Assembly (NCBI GenBank): GCA_023255165.1 | Contig: JALRJD010000154.1 | Coordinates: 1 to 38,846, forward strand | Length of the DNA stretch: 38,846 nt | Source of the DNA: Porticoccaceae bacterium | GTDB taxonomy: Bacteria; Pseudomonadota; Gammaproteobacteria; Pseudomonadales; Porticoccaceae | Reading direction: 5' to 3' | Shown here: piece after piece, positions 27,433 to 38,031 of the stretch | Layout: every line of letters begins with the position of its first letter | Position numbering within the stretch: position 1 is the stretch's first letter | Position numbers and translations under genes: made by a program | Notes under the pieces: model-generated | What the model was told of the DNA's origin: nothing | Seen by the model: only the letters and a program-made list of their open reading frames with translations | The model's database searches: none

Positions 27433-27460
27433 TTGCCCGAAATCCATCGATTGATAGAAT
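27433..27460 (+). promoter_or_regulatory. Putative sigma70 promoter for sulfotransferase-waaA
   Basis: TTGCCC (27433-27438), 16-nt spacer, extended -10 TGaTAGAAT (27452-27460). Confidence 0.5.
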
Positions 27461-27490
27461 GCGGCAACCATTTTTGAATTGTAGCTGCGC

Positions 27491-28135
27491 ATGCTAGTTT
27501 CCCGTCAACAGAAGTTTCTCTTTGTGCATATTCCCAAATCGGCCGGGTCCAGTGTTACGGCCGCGTTAAAAGCGGTCAGCGATCGCCCGCAGGATGAACT
27601 GGTCAATCGACTGCTGGCCAGTGTCGGCATCAATGTAAATTGGTTTGGGCCGCAGAGTTGGAAACGGGGGCGCAAACACAGCACCGCCTCGCAAATACAG
27701 TGCATGTATTCAAAGCAGGTTTTTGACGATTACTACAAATTTGCTTTCGTGCGAAATCCCTGGGCGCTGATGGTCTCTTATTACCATTACATCAAGGCCA
27801 ATGACAAACACCATCGCAGCCAGAAAATTAATAATCTCGACAGCTTCGAGAGCTATCTGCACTACGAAATCAAACGCAACAAAATCAATCAGAGTCGCTT
27901 TGTCACCAACCGCTATGGCGACATTATTGTCGACTTTGTCGGTCGCTTTGAAAATCTCAGCCAGGATTTTGGCCAGGTGTGCCAGCATCTTGGGCTGGAT
28001 ATCGAGATTCCCCATCTCAATAACTCGGTACACCGCGACTATCGCGAGTATTACAACGAGCACACGGCAAAGTTGGTTGCCTATCACTGGGCAGAGGATA
28101 TTCTTCGTTTCGGATATACTTTCGATAACGGCTAG
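27491..28135 (+). CDS. PAPS-dependent sulfotransferase (Sulfotransfer_2-like)
   Basis: 5'-phosphosulfate loop FVHIPKSAGSS, 3'-phosphate motif FAFVRNPW..MVSYY, DFVGRFENL, DILRFGYTF. Confidence 0.88.
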   Translation: MLVSRQQKFLFVHIPKSAGSSVTAALKAVSDRPQDELVNRLLASVGINVNWFGPQSWKRGRKHSTASQIQCMYSKQVFDDYYKFAFVRNPWALMVSYYHYIKANDKHHRSQKINNLDSFESYLHYEIKRNKINQSRFVTNRYGDIIVDFVGRFENLSQDFGQVCQHLGLDIEIPHLNNSVHRDYREYYNEHTAKLVAYHWAEDILRFGYTFDNG

Positions 28136-28170
28136 CCCACTATTCCTCCATTGCTGATATCGAGTTTTAT

Positions 28171-29457
28171 ATGCCCGCACCTGCCCGCCTGCTCTACTCG
28201 GCCATCTTTTATCTGCTGACGCCAATTGTTTTGCTGCGCCTGCTGCTGCGCGGCATTGCTGCACCCGGCTATCTGCGGCGCTGGCCAGAGCGTTTTGGTT
28301 TTGTGCCGACTGTGGCGAGGCAGGAAAAGATTATCTGGCTGCATGCGGTCTCGGTGGGGGAAACCTTGGCTGCGGTGCCTCTGGTCAAGGCGCTGCAACA
28401 TAACCACCCGGATCACCGTATATTGGTCAGCTGCATGACGCCCACTGGCTCGGAGCGGGTTATGGCCGCCTTTGGCGGCTCAGTGCTGCACAGCTACGCA
28501 CCCTACGACACCCTTGGCGCGGTGGAGCGCTTTCTCGAACGAGTGCGGCCAGAAATACTGATTATTATGGAAACCGAGCTGTGGCCCAACACCGTTGCCG
28601 CCTGCCATGGGCGACAGATTCCAGTGCTGCTCGCCAATGCCCGGCTCTCGGAAAAATCGGCTCGCGGTTATCGCCGTGTCAGCAGCTTGAGTCGACCAAT
28701 GGTTGCACAATTAACCGCGGTGGCCGCCCAGCACAGCGATGATGGCGCGCGTTTTGAGGCGCTGGGCCTGACTGCGGAGAAGCTTTTCATCACTGGTAAT
28801 ATTAAATTTGATCTCGATCTCAGCGCTCAGCTCAGGCTTAACGCCGAAGAATTGGCACAGCAGTGGCGCGGTGACAATCAGCGCCCGGTTTTGCTGGCGG
28901 CCAGTACTCATCGCGGTGAAGATGAAATTATCTTGCAGGCGTTTGCCGCTATCAGGCAGCGTGTCAGTAACGCTCTGTTGGTGCTGGTGCCACGTCATCC
29001 CGAGCGCTTTAAGCAGGTTGGGGATCTCTGTCTTGAGGAGGGCTTTAGTCTGGCCCGGCGCAGCGGTAATGACAGTGTTGAGCAAGCGGATGTGCTGTTG
29101 GGCGACACCATGGGCGAGCTGATGACCTTTTTCGGCGCCTGCGATATCGCCTTTGTTGGCGGCAGTCTGGTGGCCAATGGCGGCCACAATATGATTGAGC
29201 CCGCAGCCTGGGGCAAGCCGGTTTTGTCTGGACCTTCGCAGTTTAATTTTACCGAGGTATCGCGATTGTTGACCGAGGCCGGCGGGTTGCTGATCTGTGA
29301 TAGCGCAGAGGCGCTGGCGGAGCAGGTTGTGGCGTTGATGGAAAATCCGCAGCAGGCGCAGCAGATGGGTCAGCGAGCACACCAGGTGGCGGAGGCCAAC
29401 CGTGGTGCGCTGGAGAAACTACTGACGGTGATTGATCGCACTCTCGAGCACTCTTGA
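28171..29457 (+). CDS. waaA: 3-deoxy-D-manno-octulosonic acid (Kdo) transferase
   Basis: IWLHAVSVGE, METELWPN, NARLSEKS, TGNIKFD, AASTHRGE, VPRHPERF, DTMGEL, GGHNMIEPA. Confidence 0.97.
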   Translation: MPAPARLLYSAIFYLLTPIVLLRLLLRGIAAPGYLRRWPERFGFVPTVARQEKIIWLHAVSVGETLAAVPLVKALQHNHPDHRILVSCMTPTGSERVMAAFGGSVLHSYAPYDTLGAVERFLERVRPEILIIMETELWPNTVAACHGRQIPVLLANARLSEKSARGYRRVSSLSRPMVAQLTAVAAQHSDDGARFEALGLTAEKLFITGNIKFDLDLSAQLRLNAEELAQQWRGDNQRPVLLAASTHRGEDEIILQAFAAIRQRVSNALLVLVPRHPERFKQVGDLCLEEGFSLARRSGNDSVEQADVLLGDTMGELMTFFGACDIAFVGGSLVANGGHNMIEPAAWGKPVLSGPSQFNFTEVSRLLTEAGGLLICDSAEALAEQVVALMENPQQAQQMGQRAHQVAEANRGALEKLLTVIDRTLEHS

Positions 29458-29495
29458 GCACTCTCAAGTGCTGAGGCTCAGGGCTCAGGGCTCAG
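29438..29495. repeat. Two adjacent short tandem repeats
   Basis: GCACTCTCGA/GCACTCTTGA/GCACTCTCAA (29438-29467) and (GGCTCAG)x3 (29475-29495). Confidence 0.85.
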
Positions 29496-29537
29496 GCGGA
29501 TACAGTTACGGCGTTATAACAATTCCCTTTTATTGCT

Positions 29538-30920
29538 TTACTTCTTGATCACCAGCTTGGGATCAAGCCAGGCATTGAGCTGGTAGATATCGTCCGGAGC
29601 GAGCTGGCCAGCTACCTCCTTCAATCGCATCATCGAGAGAATATAGTCATAGCGGGCATTGGCATAGCTGCGACGGGCCTGAAACAGGGTACGTTGGGCG
29701 ACCAGCACATCGACAATATTGCGTGTCCCCACTTCATAACCGGCCTGGGTTGCCTGCAGGGCGCTGTCAGCGGAGGTGATCGACTGCGCGCGCGCTTTCA
29801 CCCGTGCGGTGTTGGTCAATACCAGCTGGTGAAGTGAGCGGGCCGCTTGAATAGTGTTGCGTTTGGCTGCGGTAAAACCTTCGCCGGTGGCGATGGCCTG
29901 TTGCTTGGCTTGGCGACGTTGCGCATCCAGTGAGCCGCCGAGCCAGATAGGCATGGTCAGCGAAACCGTTACCGAATTGCCATCCTGCTGGGTTTCAAAC
30001 GGCGAGGTGTATCTGGTGCCATCGGACTCTGAATCAAAGTAGCTGTAGCGGCCGGTGATCTTTGGCAGACGTGCTGCCGCCGCCGCTTTGGCGTTGTTGT
30101 AGGCGGCATCTTTGCCCAGCTCGGCGACTTTGAGCTGGTAGTTGTTGCCGACAGCAAAATCTACCCACTCGGCATCGCTGAGCGGATCCGGGTTGGTGGC
30201 GATAAAGTTGTCCGCCAGCCCGGCGAGCACATCGTAATCCTGACCGGTGAGCACCTGCAGCTGTTGAAAGGCGATATTTAAGGTGCCGCGGGCTTCAAGG
30301 CTGTTGACCGCCGCATCGTCAAAGACGGCCTGTGCCTCGTGAACATCGGTAACCGGCAGCAGGCCAACTTCAAAGCGCTCGCGGGTCTGCTCCAGTTGGC
30401 GCTGGATCGCACGCTCTTCCGCCTCGCGGGTCTGCATATTGTCGTAGGCGCGCAGCACATTAAAGTAGGCGTCGCTAACGCGGATAATCAACGATTGCTG
30501 GTCAGCGGCAAACTGAGCGCTGGCGCTTTCGCTCAGGGCCTTGCCACTTTTGAAGCTGTACCAGGAGGGCATATCAAAAATGGCCTGGCGCAGCGAAACA
30601 TTATAAGAGGTGCCATCGCTCTCCACATCGCCTTTATTCACTGAAGACAGGATCTGCCCTTCAATATTAAATGTGGACCGGGAGTCGTCAGTTGTTTCAG
30701 TCTCACTGTAGTCACCGGAGGCGGAGATCTGTGGCAGCAGCGCGGCGCGGGCGATATTCTTGATTTCGCGGTCGGCGTTAAAGCTGGCGCGGGCGGCTTT
30801 TAAAACCGGGTCATTGGTCAGGGCGCTCTCGTAGATATCCACAAGCGACTCTGAAAGTGCCAGCTGTGGCGCCAAAACAGCGACAGCGGCAATCAATAAG
30901 TGTTTTTTAACAGGTTGCAT
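29538..30920 (-). CDS. tolC: TolC family outer membrane channel
   Basis: Signal peptide, AALLPQI, RFEVGL..VTDVHEAQA, GYEVGTRNIVDVL. Divergent from nudF, as in other gammaproteobacteria. Confidence 0.93.
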   Translation of the reverse strand: MQPVKKHLLIAAVAVLAPQLALSESLVDIYESALTNDPVLKAARASFNADREIKNIARAALLPQISASGDYSETETTDDSRSTFNIEGQILSSVNKGDVESDGTSYNVSLRQAIFDMPSWYSFKSGKALSESASAQFAADQQSLIIRVSDAYFNVLRAYDNMQTREAEERAIQRQLEQTRERFEVGLLPVTDVHEAQAVFDDAAVNSLEARGTLNIAFQQLQVLTGQDYDVLAGLADNFIATNPDPLSDAEWVDFAVGNNYQLKVAELGKDAAYNNAKAAAAARLPKITGRYSYFDSESDGTRYTSPFETQQDGNSVTVSLTMPIWLGGSLDAQRRQAKQQAIATGEGFTAAKRNTIQAARSLHQLVLTNTARVKARAQSITSADSALQATQAGYEVGTRNIVDVLVAQRTLFQARRSYANARYDYILSMMRLKEVAGQLAPDDIYQLNAWLDPKLVIKK

Positions 30921-30944
30921 AGTGCCTCCAATTGCAAGGGCGGT

Positions 30945-30953
30945 AGTTTAGCA
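30945..30953 (-). promoter_or_regulatory. Putative extended -10 for tolC
   Basis: The minus strand reads TGcTAAACT, then a GC-rich discriminator, GGAGG and ATG. Confidence 0.45.
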
Positions 30954-31111
30954 GGTTTGCACCACAGGAATACTCTGTCTTTGGTCAAATGGTGTGCTAT
31001 TCCCCGTGATTCCACACCGCTCATATAACTAACTCTGGTTAGACGGTTTAAATGCCGAATTGGTTGACTGAGATGGTAAAGTTGTTAAACAAAAGTGTAA
31101 CGGGCAGAAAA

Positions 31112-31726
31112 ATGAGCAAACAACATCGCTTTGGCCATTCCGACTATCGGCTGCAATCAACCGAAACTGTTTTTCAGGGCTTTTTCAAAATGACCCGCAT
31201 GCTGGTCGAGCACCGGCTGTTTGGCGGCGGCTGGAGTAAACCGCTGCAGCGTGAACTGTTTGAGCGCGGCGATGCGGTTGGCCTGTTGCTCTATGATCCG
31301 GCCAATGATCTGGTCGGCCTGGTCGAGCAGTTTCGCCCCGGCGCGCTGGATGAAAAGTCCGGTCCCTGGCAGTATGAAGTGGTTGCCGGCATGATGAAGC
31401 CCGACGAAAACCCGGAGCAGGTGGCGATCAGAGAGCTGCAGGAAGAGACTGGCCTGGAAGTGGCAAAACTGATCCCGATCTGCGACTATCTCGTCAGCCC
31501 GGGCGGAACCAATGAAAAAATGCATCTATTTTGCGGCCTGGCGGATTTAAGCGATCGCGGCGGCATCTTTGGTCTCGACGGCGAGGGGGAAGATATCCTT
31601 TTCCAGGTTTGGTCCTACGATGAGACACTGCAGGCATTTTCAGAGGGTATGCTGAACAGTGCGGCGATGTCGGTTGCGCTGCTTTGGCTACAATTAAATC
31701 ACCGTCGTTTGAGACATGAGTCTTGA
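31112..31726 (+). CDS. nudF: ADP-ribose pyrophosphatase (Nudix)
   Basis: FQGFF, HRLFGGGWS, RELFERGDAV.LLLYDP, VEQFRPGA, Nudix box AGM...E.PEQVAIRELQEETGL, SPGG, EGEDI. Start is probably ATG 31112. Confidence 0.9.
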   Translation: MSKQHRFGHSDYRLQSTETVFQGFFKMTRMLVEHRLFGGGWSKPLQRELFERGDAVGLLLYDPANDLVGLVEQFRPGALDEKSGPWQYEVVAGMMKPDENPEQVAIRELQEETGLEVAKLIPICDYLVSPGGTNEKMHLFCGLADLSDRGGIFGLDGEGEDILFQVWSYDETLQAFSEGMLNSAAMSVALLWLQLNHRRLRHES

Positions 31727-31792
31727 ATATCAGCTTGAAAAGAGAGCCTAAAGTGAAAAAGTTAACTGCATCACGACCAGCGAGAAGAGACT

Positions 31793-32239
31793 TTGTCAGT
31801 ATCTGAAACCCGACGTCAACGGCACAATCTGGCGCGGCTGCACAGCGAGTGTGAACTCAATTATGTGCGACTGCTGCGGCTGATGCCGAGCACTGCGAAA
31901 CTGGAGCACAGCATTCGGGTCGATTTTACCCACGGCTATGACAGCGGCATGCAGATTACCGTCGAGGAAATTACCCGCTACACACATCTTCTCAGCATCG
32001 TCGCCGACAGCGTGCGCCCGGACTGGTTGCCAGAGATTCAAATGAAAGTGCGAATCTATCACGACGCGAGAATGGCCGAAGTGGTCGAGTGGTGCAGCGA
32101 CAGAACCATACCCTGGGAGCTGTCGGAAAAATCCTCGATGCAGGCGCCGGATGAAAAATGGCAGTGGAATATGTTTTTAAGCGACCTGCTGTCCCACGGT
32201 TTGAGCCACGGCATGAGCAGAGTGAAAGTAACACTCTAG
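31793..32239 (+). CDS. DUF1249 (YqiB-like) protein
   Basis: L.RLH..CELNY.RL.RL, VRIYHDARMAEV, PDEKWQ.N.FL.D.L. Lies between nudF and cpdA. Start uncertain. Confidence 0.85.
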   Translation: MSVSETRRQRHNLARLHSECELNYVRLLRLMPSTAKLEHSIRVDFTHGYDSGMQITVEEITRYTHLLSIVADSVRPDWLPEIQMKVRIYHDARMAEVVEWCSDRTIPWELSEKSSMQAPDEKWQWNMFLSDLLSHGLSHGMSRVKVTL

Positions 32240-32278
32240 AGTTTAAGGTCATTTCAGGAACTTTTTTTGAGAAGATAA

Positions 32279-33064
32279 ATGAGCACAGTGCGACTTACCC
32301 AAATCACCGATCTGCACCTGGGTGCAAACAGAGACGAAACTCTCGGAGGTGTCACCACCTTTGATAGTTTTCAGGCGGTGTTGCGGGCGTCAAATGCTCA
32401 GGGGCGCGCCGATACGCTGTTGCTGCTGACCGGCGATCTGGCCAGTGACTGCCAGCCCGGCGCCTACCGACTGTTAAACAACAGCCTCAACGACAATGGC
32501 CGCGAAGCAATCTGGCTGCCTGGCAACCACGACGATGTCGAATTAATGGAGGCCAACCTGGTCAACTATCCGCGCCGCCGCCTCTACTACGCCGATGGCT
32601 GGGCTATTTTGCTGCTCGACAGCTCCAAAGCCGGCCAGCCGGGCGGCCACTTCTCCGATATTGAACTGGCCTTTGCCAAACAGAGCCTGAAAGCCCTGGC
32701 GGGCAAGTCGGTGCTGGTCGCCATGCATCACTCACCGGTCAAGGTTCACTCGGCCTGGCTCGACCGTCAGCAGATCGATAACCATGATCGCTTGCACCAA
32801 CTGTTGGTTGACCACGGCGGCGTCAAAGCGGTGATCACTGGCCATGTGCACCAACATCATGACAGCCTTTGGGGTTCCATTCCGGTCTACTCCACTCCTT
32901 CAAGCTGTGTGCAGTTTGAACAACGCAGCGATGATTTTGCTCTCGCCGACCACCCCCCCGGTTATCGCTGGATCGATCTGCACAGCGATGGCAGCCTGCA
33001 AACCGGAGTCGAATTTTTAAATGATTTTGCCCAGCAATGCGATCGCAGCTGCGTGGGTTATTAA
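32279..33064 (+). CDS. cpdA: 3',5'-cyclic AMP phosphodiesterase
   Basis: Metallophosphoesterase motifs QITDLHL, TGDL, PGNHD, MHH, GHVHQ, TPSSCVQF, PGYRW. Confidence 0.9.
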   Translation: MSTVRLTQITDLHLGANRDETLGGVTTFDSFQAVLRASNAQGRADTLLLLTGDLASDCQPGAYRLLNNSLNDNGREAIWLPGNHDDVELMEANLVNYPRRRLYYADGWAILLLDSSKAGQPGGHFSDIELAFAKQSLKALAGKSVLVAMHHSPVKVHSAWLDRQQIDNHDRLHQLLVDHGGVKAVITGHVHQHHDSLWGSIPVYSTPSSCVQFEQRSDDFALADHPPGYRWIDLHSDGSLQTGVEFLNDFAQQCDRSCVGY

Positions 33065-33162
33065 ACCGCCTTTCCTTTTCTGGTTAGCCCCAAATTATTG
33101 CTGTGTTTTCCTCTCGCTTCTTATTTAGCTCGCGCAATCAATCGACCACAATGCCGCCGCTT

Positions 33163-33172
33163 TGGCTATAAT
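33163..33172 (+). promoter_or_regulatory. Putative -10 element for yqiA-parE-parC
   Basis: Perfect TATAAT at 33167-33172 followed by GC-rich GCCCGC. No clear -35. Confidence 0.45.
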
Positions 33173-33201
33173 GCCCGCTAGCAAAAAAATGACTGCCATC
33201 T

Positions 33202-33828
33202 ATGCCAGCGCTGCTTTATTTACATGGGTTTAACAGTTCGCCTGAGTCCGCGAAGGCGCAGCAGACCCGACAGTGGTTTGCGCAAAATGCCCCTGAAATA
33301 GAGTTTGTCTGCCCCGAGTTGCCACCCTACGCCGACCGCGCCATGGCGCTGTTGCGCGACATTATAATTCCCCGACTCTCCCAGCCGCTGTTTGTGATTG
33401 GCAGCTCCATGGGTGGTTTCTATGCCACCTGTCTGGTGGAACAATTCGACGAAGGAAATATCAGCGCGGTATTGATTAATCCGGCGGTCAGTCCTGCCCG
33501 TGGATTGCACAAATGGCTCGGTGAAAACCACAACTATCACAGCGGCGAAAAGTGGCTGTTTGAGCCTCGGCATATCGACGAATATCAGCGCTGCGATCCG
33601 CAACAGATAAAAAACCAAAAAAAGTACCTGGTGCTATTGCAAAGCGGTGACGAAGTGCTTGATTATCGTGATGCGCAGCAACGTTATGCAGGGTGCAAAA
33701 TAATTCTCGAATCCGGTGGCGATCACAGCTTTATTGACTATCATCGACACCTGAAAACCATCCACCAGTTTCTGCTTGCAGCGGCACAACGCAACCGGAA
33801 AAAACAACCTGACCTAAAGAGCGCATGA
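33202..33828 (+). CDS. yqiA: YqiA/YcfP-family alpha/beta hydrolase (esterase)
   Basis: LLYLHGFNSSP.SAKA, nucleophile elbow GSSMGG, INPAV, GDEVLDY, GGDHSF. Confidence 0.9.
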   Translation: MPALLYLHGFNSSPESAKAQQTRQWFAQNAPEIEFVCPELPPYADRAMALLRDIIIPRLSQPLFVIGSSMGGFYATCLVEQFDEGNISAVLINPAVSPARGLHKWLGENHNYHSGEKWLFEPRHIDEYQRCDPQQIKNQKKYLVLLQSGDEVLDYRDAQQRYAGCKIILESGGDHSFIDYHRHLKTIHQFLLAAAQRNRKKQPDLKSA

Positions 33829-35717
33829 GCACATATAACGCAGAAGATATTGAAGTTCTCACCGGGCTGGACCCGGTTAAAAAACGCCCGGGTATGTACA
33901 CCGATACCAGCCGCCCCAACCACCTCGCCCAGGAAGTGATCGACAACAGTGTCGACGAAGCATTGGCCGGCCACGCCAGCCGCATCGATGTTACGCTGCA
34001 CAAAGATGGCTCGCTGTCAGTCTGCGACGACGGCCGCGGCATGCCGGTGGATATTCACCCGGAGCAGGGTCTGCCGGGTGTTGAGGTTATCCTCTCGACC
34101 CTGCACGCCGGCGGCAAGTTCTCGAATAAAAATTATCAGTTTTCCGGTGGTTTGCACGGGGTTGGCGTCTCGGTGGTCAATGCGCTCTCCGACAAACTCG
34201 AAGTCACCGTCAAGCGCGGTGGCAATGTGCATCAGATTGTCTTTGCCAACGGCGATAAAATCTCCGACCTGCAGGTGATCGACAGCTGCGGTCAGCGCAA
34301 TACAGGCACCATTTTGCGCTTCTGGCCCAATCCGGGTTATTTCGACTCGGTTAAATTTTCCCTGCCGCGACTTCGCCATGTATTGCGCGCCAAAGCGGTG
34401 CTGTGCAGTGGCCTGACCGTCAGCTTCTACGACGAAAACAGCGACGAAAGTGAAGAGTGGTACTACCAGGATGGCCTGCAGGATTATCTGTCTGGTGCAC
34501 TGCAGGGTTGGGAATTGCTGCCCGCCGTGCCGTTTGTCGGCACCTATGCTGCAGCCAATGAAGCCGCTGACTGGGCGGTGCAGTGGTTGCCGGAGGGCGG
34601 TGATCTGGTTCAGGAGAGTTACGTCAACCTGATCCCCACGCCCCAGGGCGGCACCCATGTCAACGGTCTGCGCACCGGCCTGCTGGAGGCGATGCGCGAG
34701 TTTTGTGAATTCCGCAATCTGCTGCCGCGGGGCGTCAAACTGACCCCGGACGATATCTGGGATCGCTGTAGTTTTGTGCTGTCATCGAAACTCGAAGACC
34801 CACAGTTTTCCGGTCAGACCAAAGATCGACTCTCCTCGCGTCAGGCGGCGGCATTTGTTTCCGGCGTGGTAAAAGATTCATTTAGCCTGTGGCTCAACCA
34901 GCACACGGAAGAAGCCGAGAAACTCGCTGAGCTTTGCATCTTTAGCGCCCAGAGCCGCATGCGTGCGAGCAAAAAAGTGGTGCGCAAAAAAATCACCCAG
35001 GGCCCGGCGCTGCCCGGCAAGCTGGCCGATTGCTCCAGTGGCGAGCCAGAGCGCTGTGAAATATTTTTTGTTGAGGGTGACTCCGCGGGCGGCTCCGCCA
35101 AACAGGCGCGCAACCGTGAAAATCAGGCGATTATGCCGTTGCGCGGCAAGATCCTGAACACCTGGGAAGTCGACTCCCAGGAAATTCTCGCCTCTCAGGA
35201 AGTGCACGATATCTCGGTGGCGCTGGGCATAGACCCGGGCGTCGACAATCTGGAAAAACTGCGTTACCACAAAATCTGTATCCTCGCCGATGCCGACTCT
35301 GACGGTCTGCATATCGCCACCTTGCTGTGCGCACTGTTTGTGCGTCACTTCCGGCCGCTGGTCACCGCCGGCCATGTCTACGTGGCGATGCCGCCGCTAT
35401 TTCGCATCGATGTGGGTAAAGATGTCTACTACGCGCTGGATGAATCTGAAAAACAGGGCGTGCTTGACCGCATCCAGGCGGAAAATAAACGCGGCAAGGT
35501 CAATGTGCAGCGCTTTAAAGGGCTCGGTGAAATGAACCCGCTGCAACTGCGTGAAACCACTATGAACCCTGACACCCGCCGCCTGGTGCAGCTAACCGTC
35601 GATGCCGGCGACAACACCAATCCGATGATGGATATGCTGCTGGCCAAAAAGCGCGCGCCGGATCGTCGCAGCTGGCTCGAAACCAAAGGTAATCTGGCTG
35701 CCATAGCCGATCTTTAA
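33825..35717 (+). CDS. parE: DNA topoisomerase IV subunit B
   Basis: [74 protein letters not shown]. At 630 aa it lacks the GyrB insertion. Confidence 0.97.
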   Translation: MSTYNAEDIEVLTGLDPVKKRPGMYTDTSRPNHLAQEVIDNSVDEALAGHASRIDVTLHKDGSLSVCDDGRGMPVDIHPEQGLPGVEVILSTLHAGGKFSNKNYQFSGGLHGVGVSVVNALSDKLEVTVKRGGNVHQIVFANGDKISDLQVIDSCGQRNTGTILRFWPNPGYFDSVKFSLPRLRHVLRAKAVLCSGLTVSFYDENSDESEEWYYQDGLQDYLSGALQGWELLPAVPFVGTYAAANEAADWAVQWLPEGGDLVQESYVNLIPTPQGGTHVNGLRTGLLEAMREFCEFRNLLPRGVKLTPDDIWDRCSFVLSSKLEDPQFSGQTKDRLSSRQAAAFVSGVVKDSFSLWLNQHTEEAEKLAELCIFSAQSRMRASKKVVRKKITQGPALPGKLADCSSGEPERCEIFFVEGDSAGGSAKQARNRENQAIMPLRGKILNTWEVDSQEILASQEVHDISVALGIDPGVDNLEKLRYHKICILADADSDGLHIATLLCALFVRHFRPLVTAGHVYVAMPPLFRIDVGKDVYYALDESEKQGVLDRIQAENKRGKVNVQRFKGLGEMNPLQLRETTMNPDTRRLVQLTVDAGDNTNPMMDMLLAKKRAPDRRSWLETKGNLAAIADL

Positions 35718-35740
35718 CCGTTTTTGAAATAGGAAAAACG

Positions 35741-37993
35741 ATGAACGATATCGTAACGTTTAACAGCGAAGGGTTGGAGCGCCGACCCATGAGCGAGTAT
35801 GTCGAGCAGGCCTATCTGGACTACTCCATGTACGTCATTCTCGATCGCGCCCTGCCGCATATTGGCGATGGGTTAAAGCCGGTTCAGCGGCGCATTATCT
35901 ACGCCATGAGCGAGCTCGGCCTCAAGGCCAACGCCAAATATAAAAAATCGGCGCGCACCGTCGGCGACGTGATCGGCAAGTTCCATCCCCACGGCGACAG
36001 TGCTGCCTATGAAGCCATGGTGTTGATGGCGCAGCCATTCTCCTACCGCTATCCGCTGGTCGATGGCCAGGGCAACTGGGGTTCGGCGGATGATCCAAAG
36101 TCATTTGCCGCAATGCGTTACACCGAATCAAAGCTCTCGAAATACGCGGACGCACTGCTCTCCGAACTGGGTCAGGGCACAGCCAACTGGCGGCCAAACT
36201 TTGACGCCACCATGGACGAGCCGGAAATTCTGCCGGCGCGGGTCCCCAATGTGCTGCTTAATGGCACCACCGGCATTGCCGTGGGCATGGCTACCGATAT
36301 TCCGCCGCACAACCTCAATGAAGTGGTCAGCGCCTGCCTGCATCTGCTCGATCACCCCAAGGCCGATGTTGGCGAGCTGATGGAGTTTATCAAAGCGCCG
36401 GATTTCCCCACCGACGCGGAAATTATTACTTCGCGAGCGGATATCAAAAATGTCTACGAAACGGGCCGCGGCTCGGTAAAAATGCGCGCCGTATGGCACC
36501 GTGAAGATGGCGATATTATTGTTAATGCGCTGCCGTTCCAGGCATCCGGTTCCAAGATCCTTGAGCAGATCGCCGCCCAGATGCGCAACAAAAAGCTGCC
36601 GATGGTGGAAGATCTGCGCGATGAGTCGGACCATGAAAATCCGACTCGCCTGGTGATCACGCCGCGCTCCAACCGTGTTGATCTCGACGCCCTGATGGAC
36701 CACCTGTTCTCGACCACCGACCTTGAGCGCAGCTACAGAATCAACCTCAATATTATCGGCATCAACGGCAAGCCCGGTGTGATGAACCTGCGCGAGATCC
36801 TGAAAGACTGGCTGCAGTTCCGCACCGATGTCACTCGCCGCAGACTGGACTACCGCCTCGATAAAGTCGACAAGCGCCTGCACCTGTTGGACGGCCTGTT
36901 GATCGCGTTTTTGAATATAGATGAAGTGATTCATATTATTCGCACCGAAGACGAGCCCAAGCCGGCGCTGATTGCCCGCTTTGGCCTCTCGGATATTCAA
37001 GCCGAATATATTCTCGATACCAAATTGCGCCAGTTGGCGCGTTTGGAAGAAGTGAAAATCCGCGCCGAGCAGGACGAGCTGGCAAAAGAAAAAGCCGAGC
37101 TGGAATTGATTCTTGGTTCTGAAGCGCGCTTAAAAACTCTGGTCAAAAATGAACTCAAAGCTGCCGCTGAAGAGTTTGGCGATGAGCGCCGTTCACCGCT
37201 GGTGGAGCGTGGCGAAGCCCAGGCCTTCAACGAGAAAGACCTGTTGACCGCTGAGCCGATCACCGCAGTGCTCTCTGATAAAGGCTGGATCAGAGCCGCC
37301 AAAGGTCACGATATAGACCCGACCAGCCTGAGCTACAAATCCGGCGACAGCTTCCTCTCCGCCGCGCTCGGGCGCAGCAACCAGAATGTCTTCCTGCAGG
37401 ATTCCGCGGGTCGCTTCTACGCCCTGCCGGGGCACACCCTGCCCTCGGCTCGTGGCCAGGGCGAACCGGCCACCGGGCGTCTCAATGTTGCCTCCGGCGC
37501 AATGTTTACCGATGTCATCATGGGCGCCGACGACCAGAAAGTGCTGCTCGGCACCGATGCAGGCTATGGTTTTGTCGGCAAAATAGGCGACCTCTACACC
37601 AAAAATCGCGCCGGCAAAGCGGTGGTCTCGCTGCCCAAAGGCGCGCGCATCCTCTCGCCAAAATTGGTCTATGATGAGAATGCGCTGATCGCCGCCGTTA
37701 GCAACGAAGGTCGCCTGTTGGTCTTCCCGATAGCCGAGTTGCCAGAGCTGGCGCGAGGTAAGGGCAACAAGATCATCAATATTCCCGGTTCACGACTACA
37801 GGCCCGGGAAGAGTTTGTGGTCGACTACGGCGTGATTTCGGAAGGTGATTCGCTGGTGGTCCACTCCGGCAAGCGCTACCTGGTTATGAAAGGCAAAGAC
37901 CTCGAGCACTACCGCGGTGAACGCGGCCGACGCGGCCATAAGTTACCGCGCGGGTTCCAAAAAGTGGACAAACTCGACATAGAAAAAAGCTAA
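35741..37993 (+). CDS. parC: DNA topoisomerase IV subunit A
   Basis: [47 protein letters not shown], catalytic AAMRYTE. Confidence 0.97.
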   Translation: MNDIVTFNSEGLERRPMSEYVEQAYLDYSMYVILDRALPHIGDGLKPVQRRIIYAMSELGLKANAKYKKSARTVGDVIGKFHPHGDSAAYEAMVLMAQPFSYRYPLVDGQGNWGSADDPKSFAAMRYTESKLSKYADALLSELGQGTANWRPNFDATMDEPEILPARVPNVLLNGTTGIAVGMATDIPPHNLNEVVSACLHLLDHPKADVGELMEFIKAPDFPTDAEIITSRADIKNVYETGRGSVKMRAVWHREDGDIIVNALPFQASGSKILEQIAAQMRNKKLPMVEDLRDESDHENPTRLVITPRSNRVDLDALMDHLFSTTDLERSYRINLNIIGINGKPGVMNLREILKDWLQFRTDVTRRRLDYRLDKVDKRLHLLDGLLIAFLNIDEVIHIIRTEDEPKPALIARFGLSDIQAEYILDTKLRQLARLEEVKIRAEQDELAKEKAELELILGSEARLKTLVKNELKAAAEEFGDERRSPLVERGEAQAFNEKDLLTAEPITAVLSDKGWIRAAKGHDIDPTSLSYKSGDSFLSAALGRSNQNVFLQDSAGRFYALPGHTLPSARGQGEPATGRLNVASGAMFTDVIMGADDQKVLLGTDAGYGFVGKIGDLYTKNRAGKAVVSLPKGARILSPKLVYDENALIAAVSNEGRLLVFPIAELPELARGKGNKIINIPGSRLQAREEFVVDYGVISEGDSLVVHSGKRYLVMKGKDLEHYRGERGRRGHKLPRGFQKVDKLDIEKS

Positions 37994-38031
37994 CCGTGCA
38001 ACAGCACATCAGTTAATAAAAGGAGAGCATC

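Noticed and set aside
29438-29496. Possible mini-CRISPR
   Set aside because: Units are 7-10 nt, have no spacers, and no cas genes are present.
30921-31111. Possible TPP riboswitch or thiC remnant between tolC and nudF (CTGAGA present)
   Set aside because: The other TPP core elements (CCTGA...GGGA, P1-P5 pairing) are absent.
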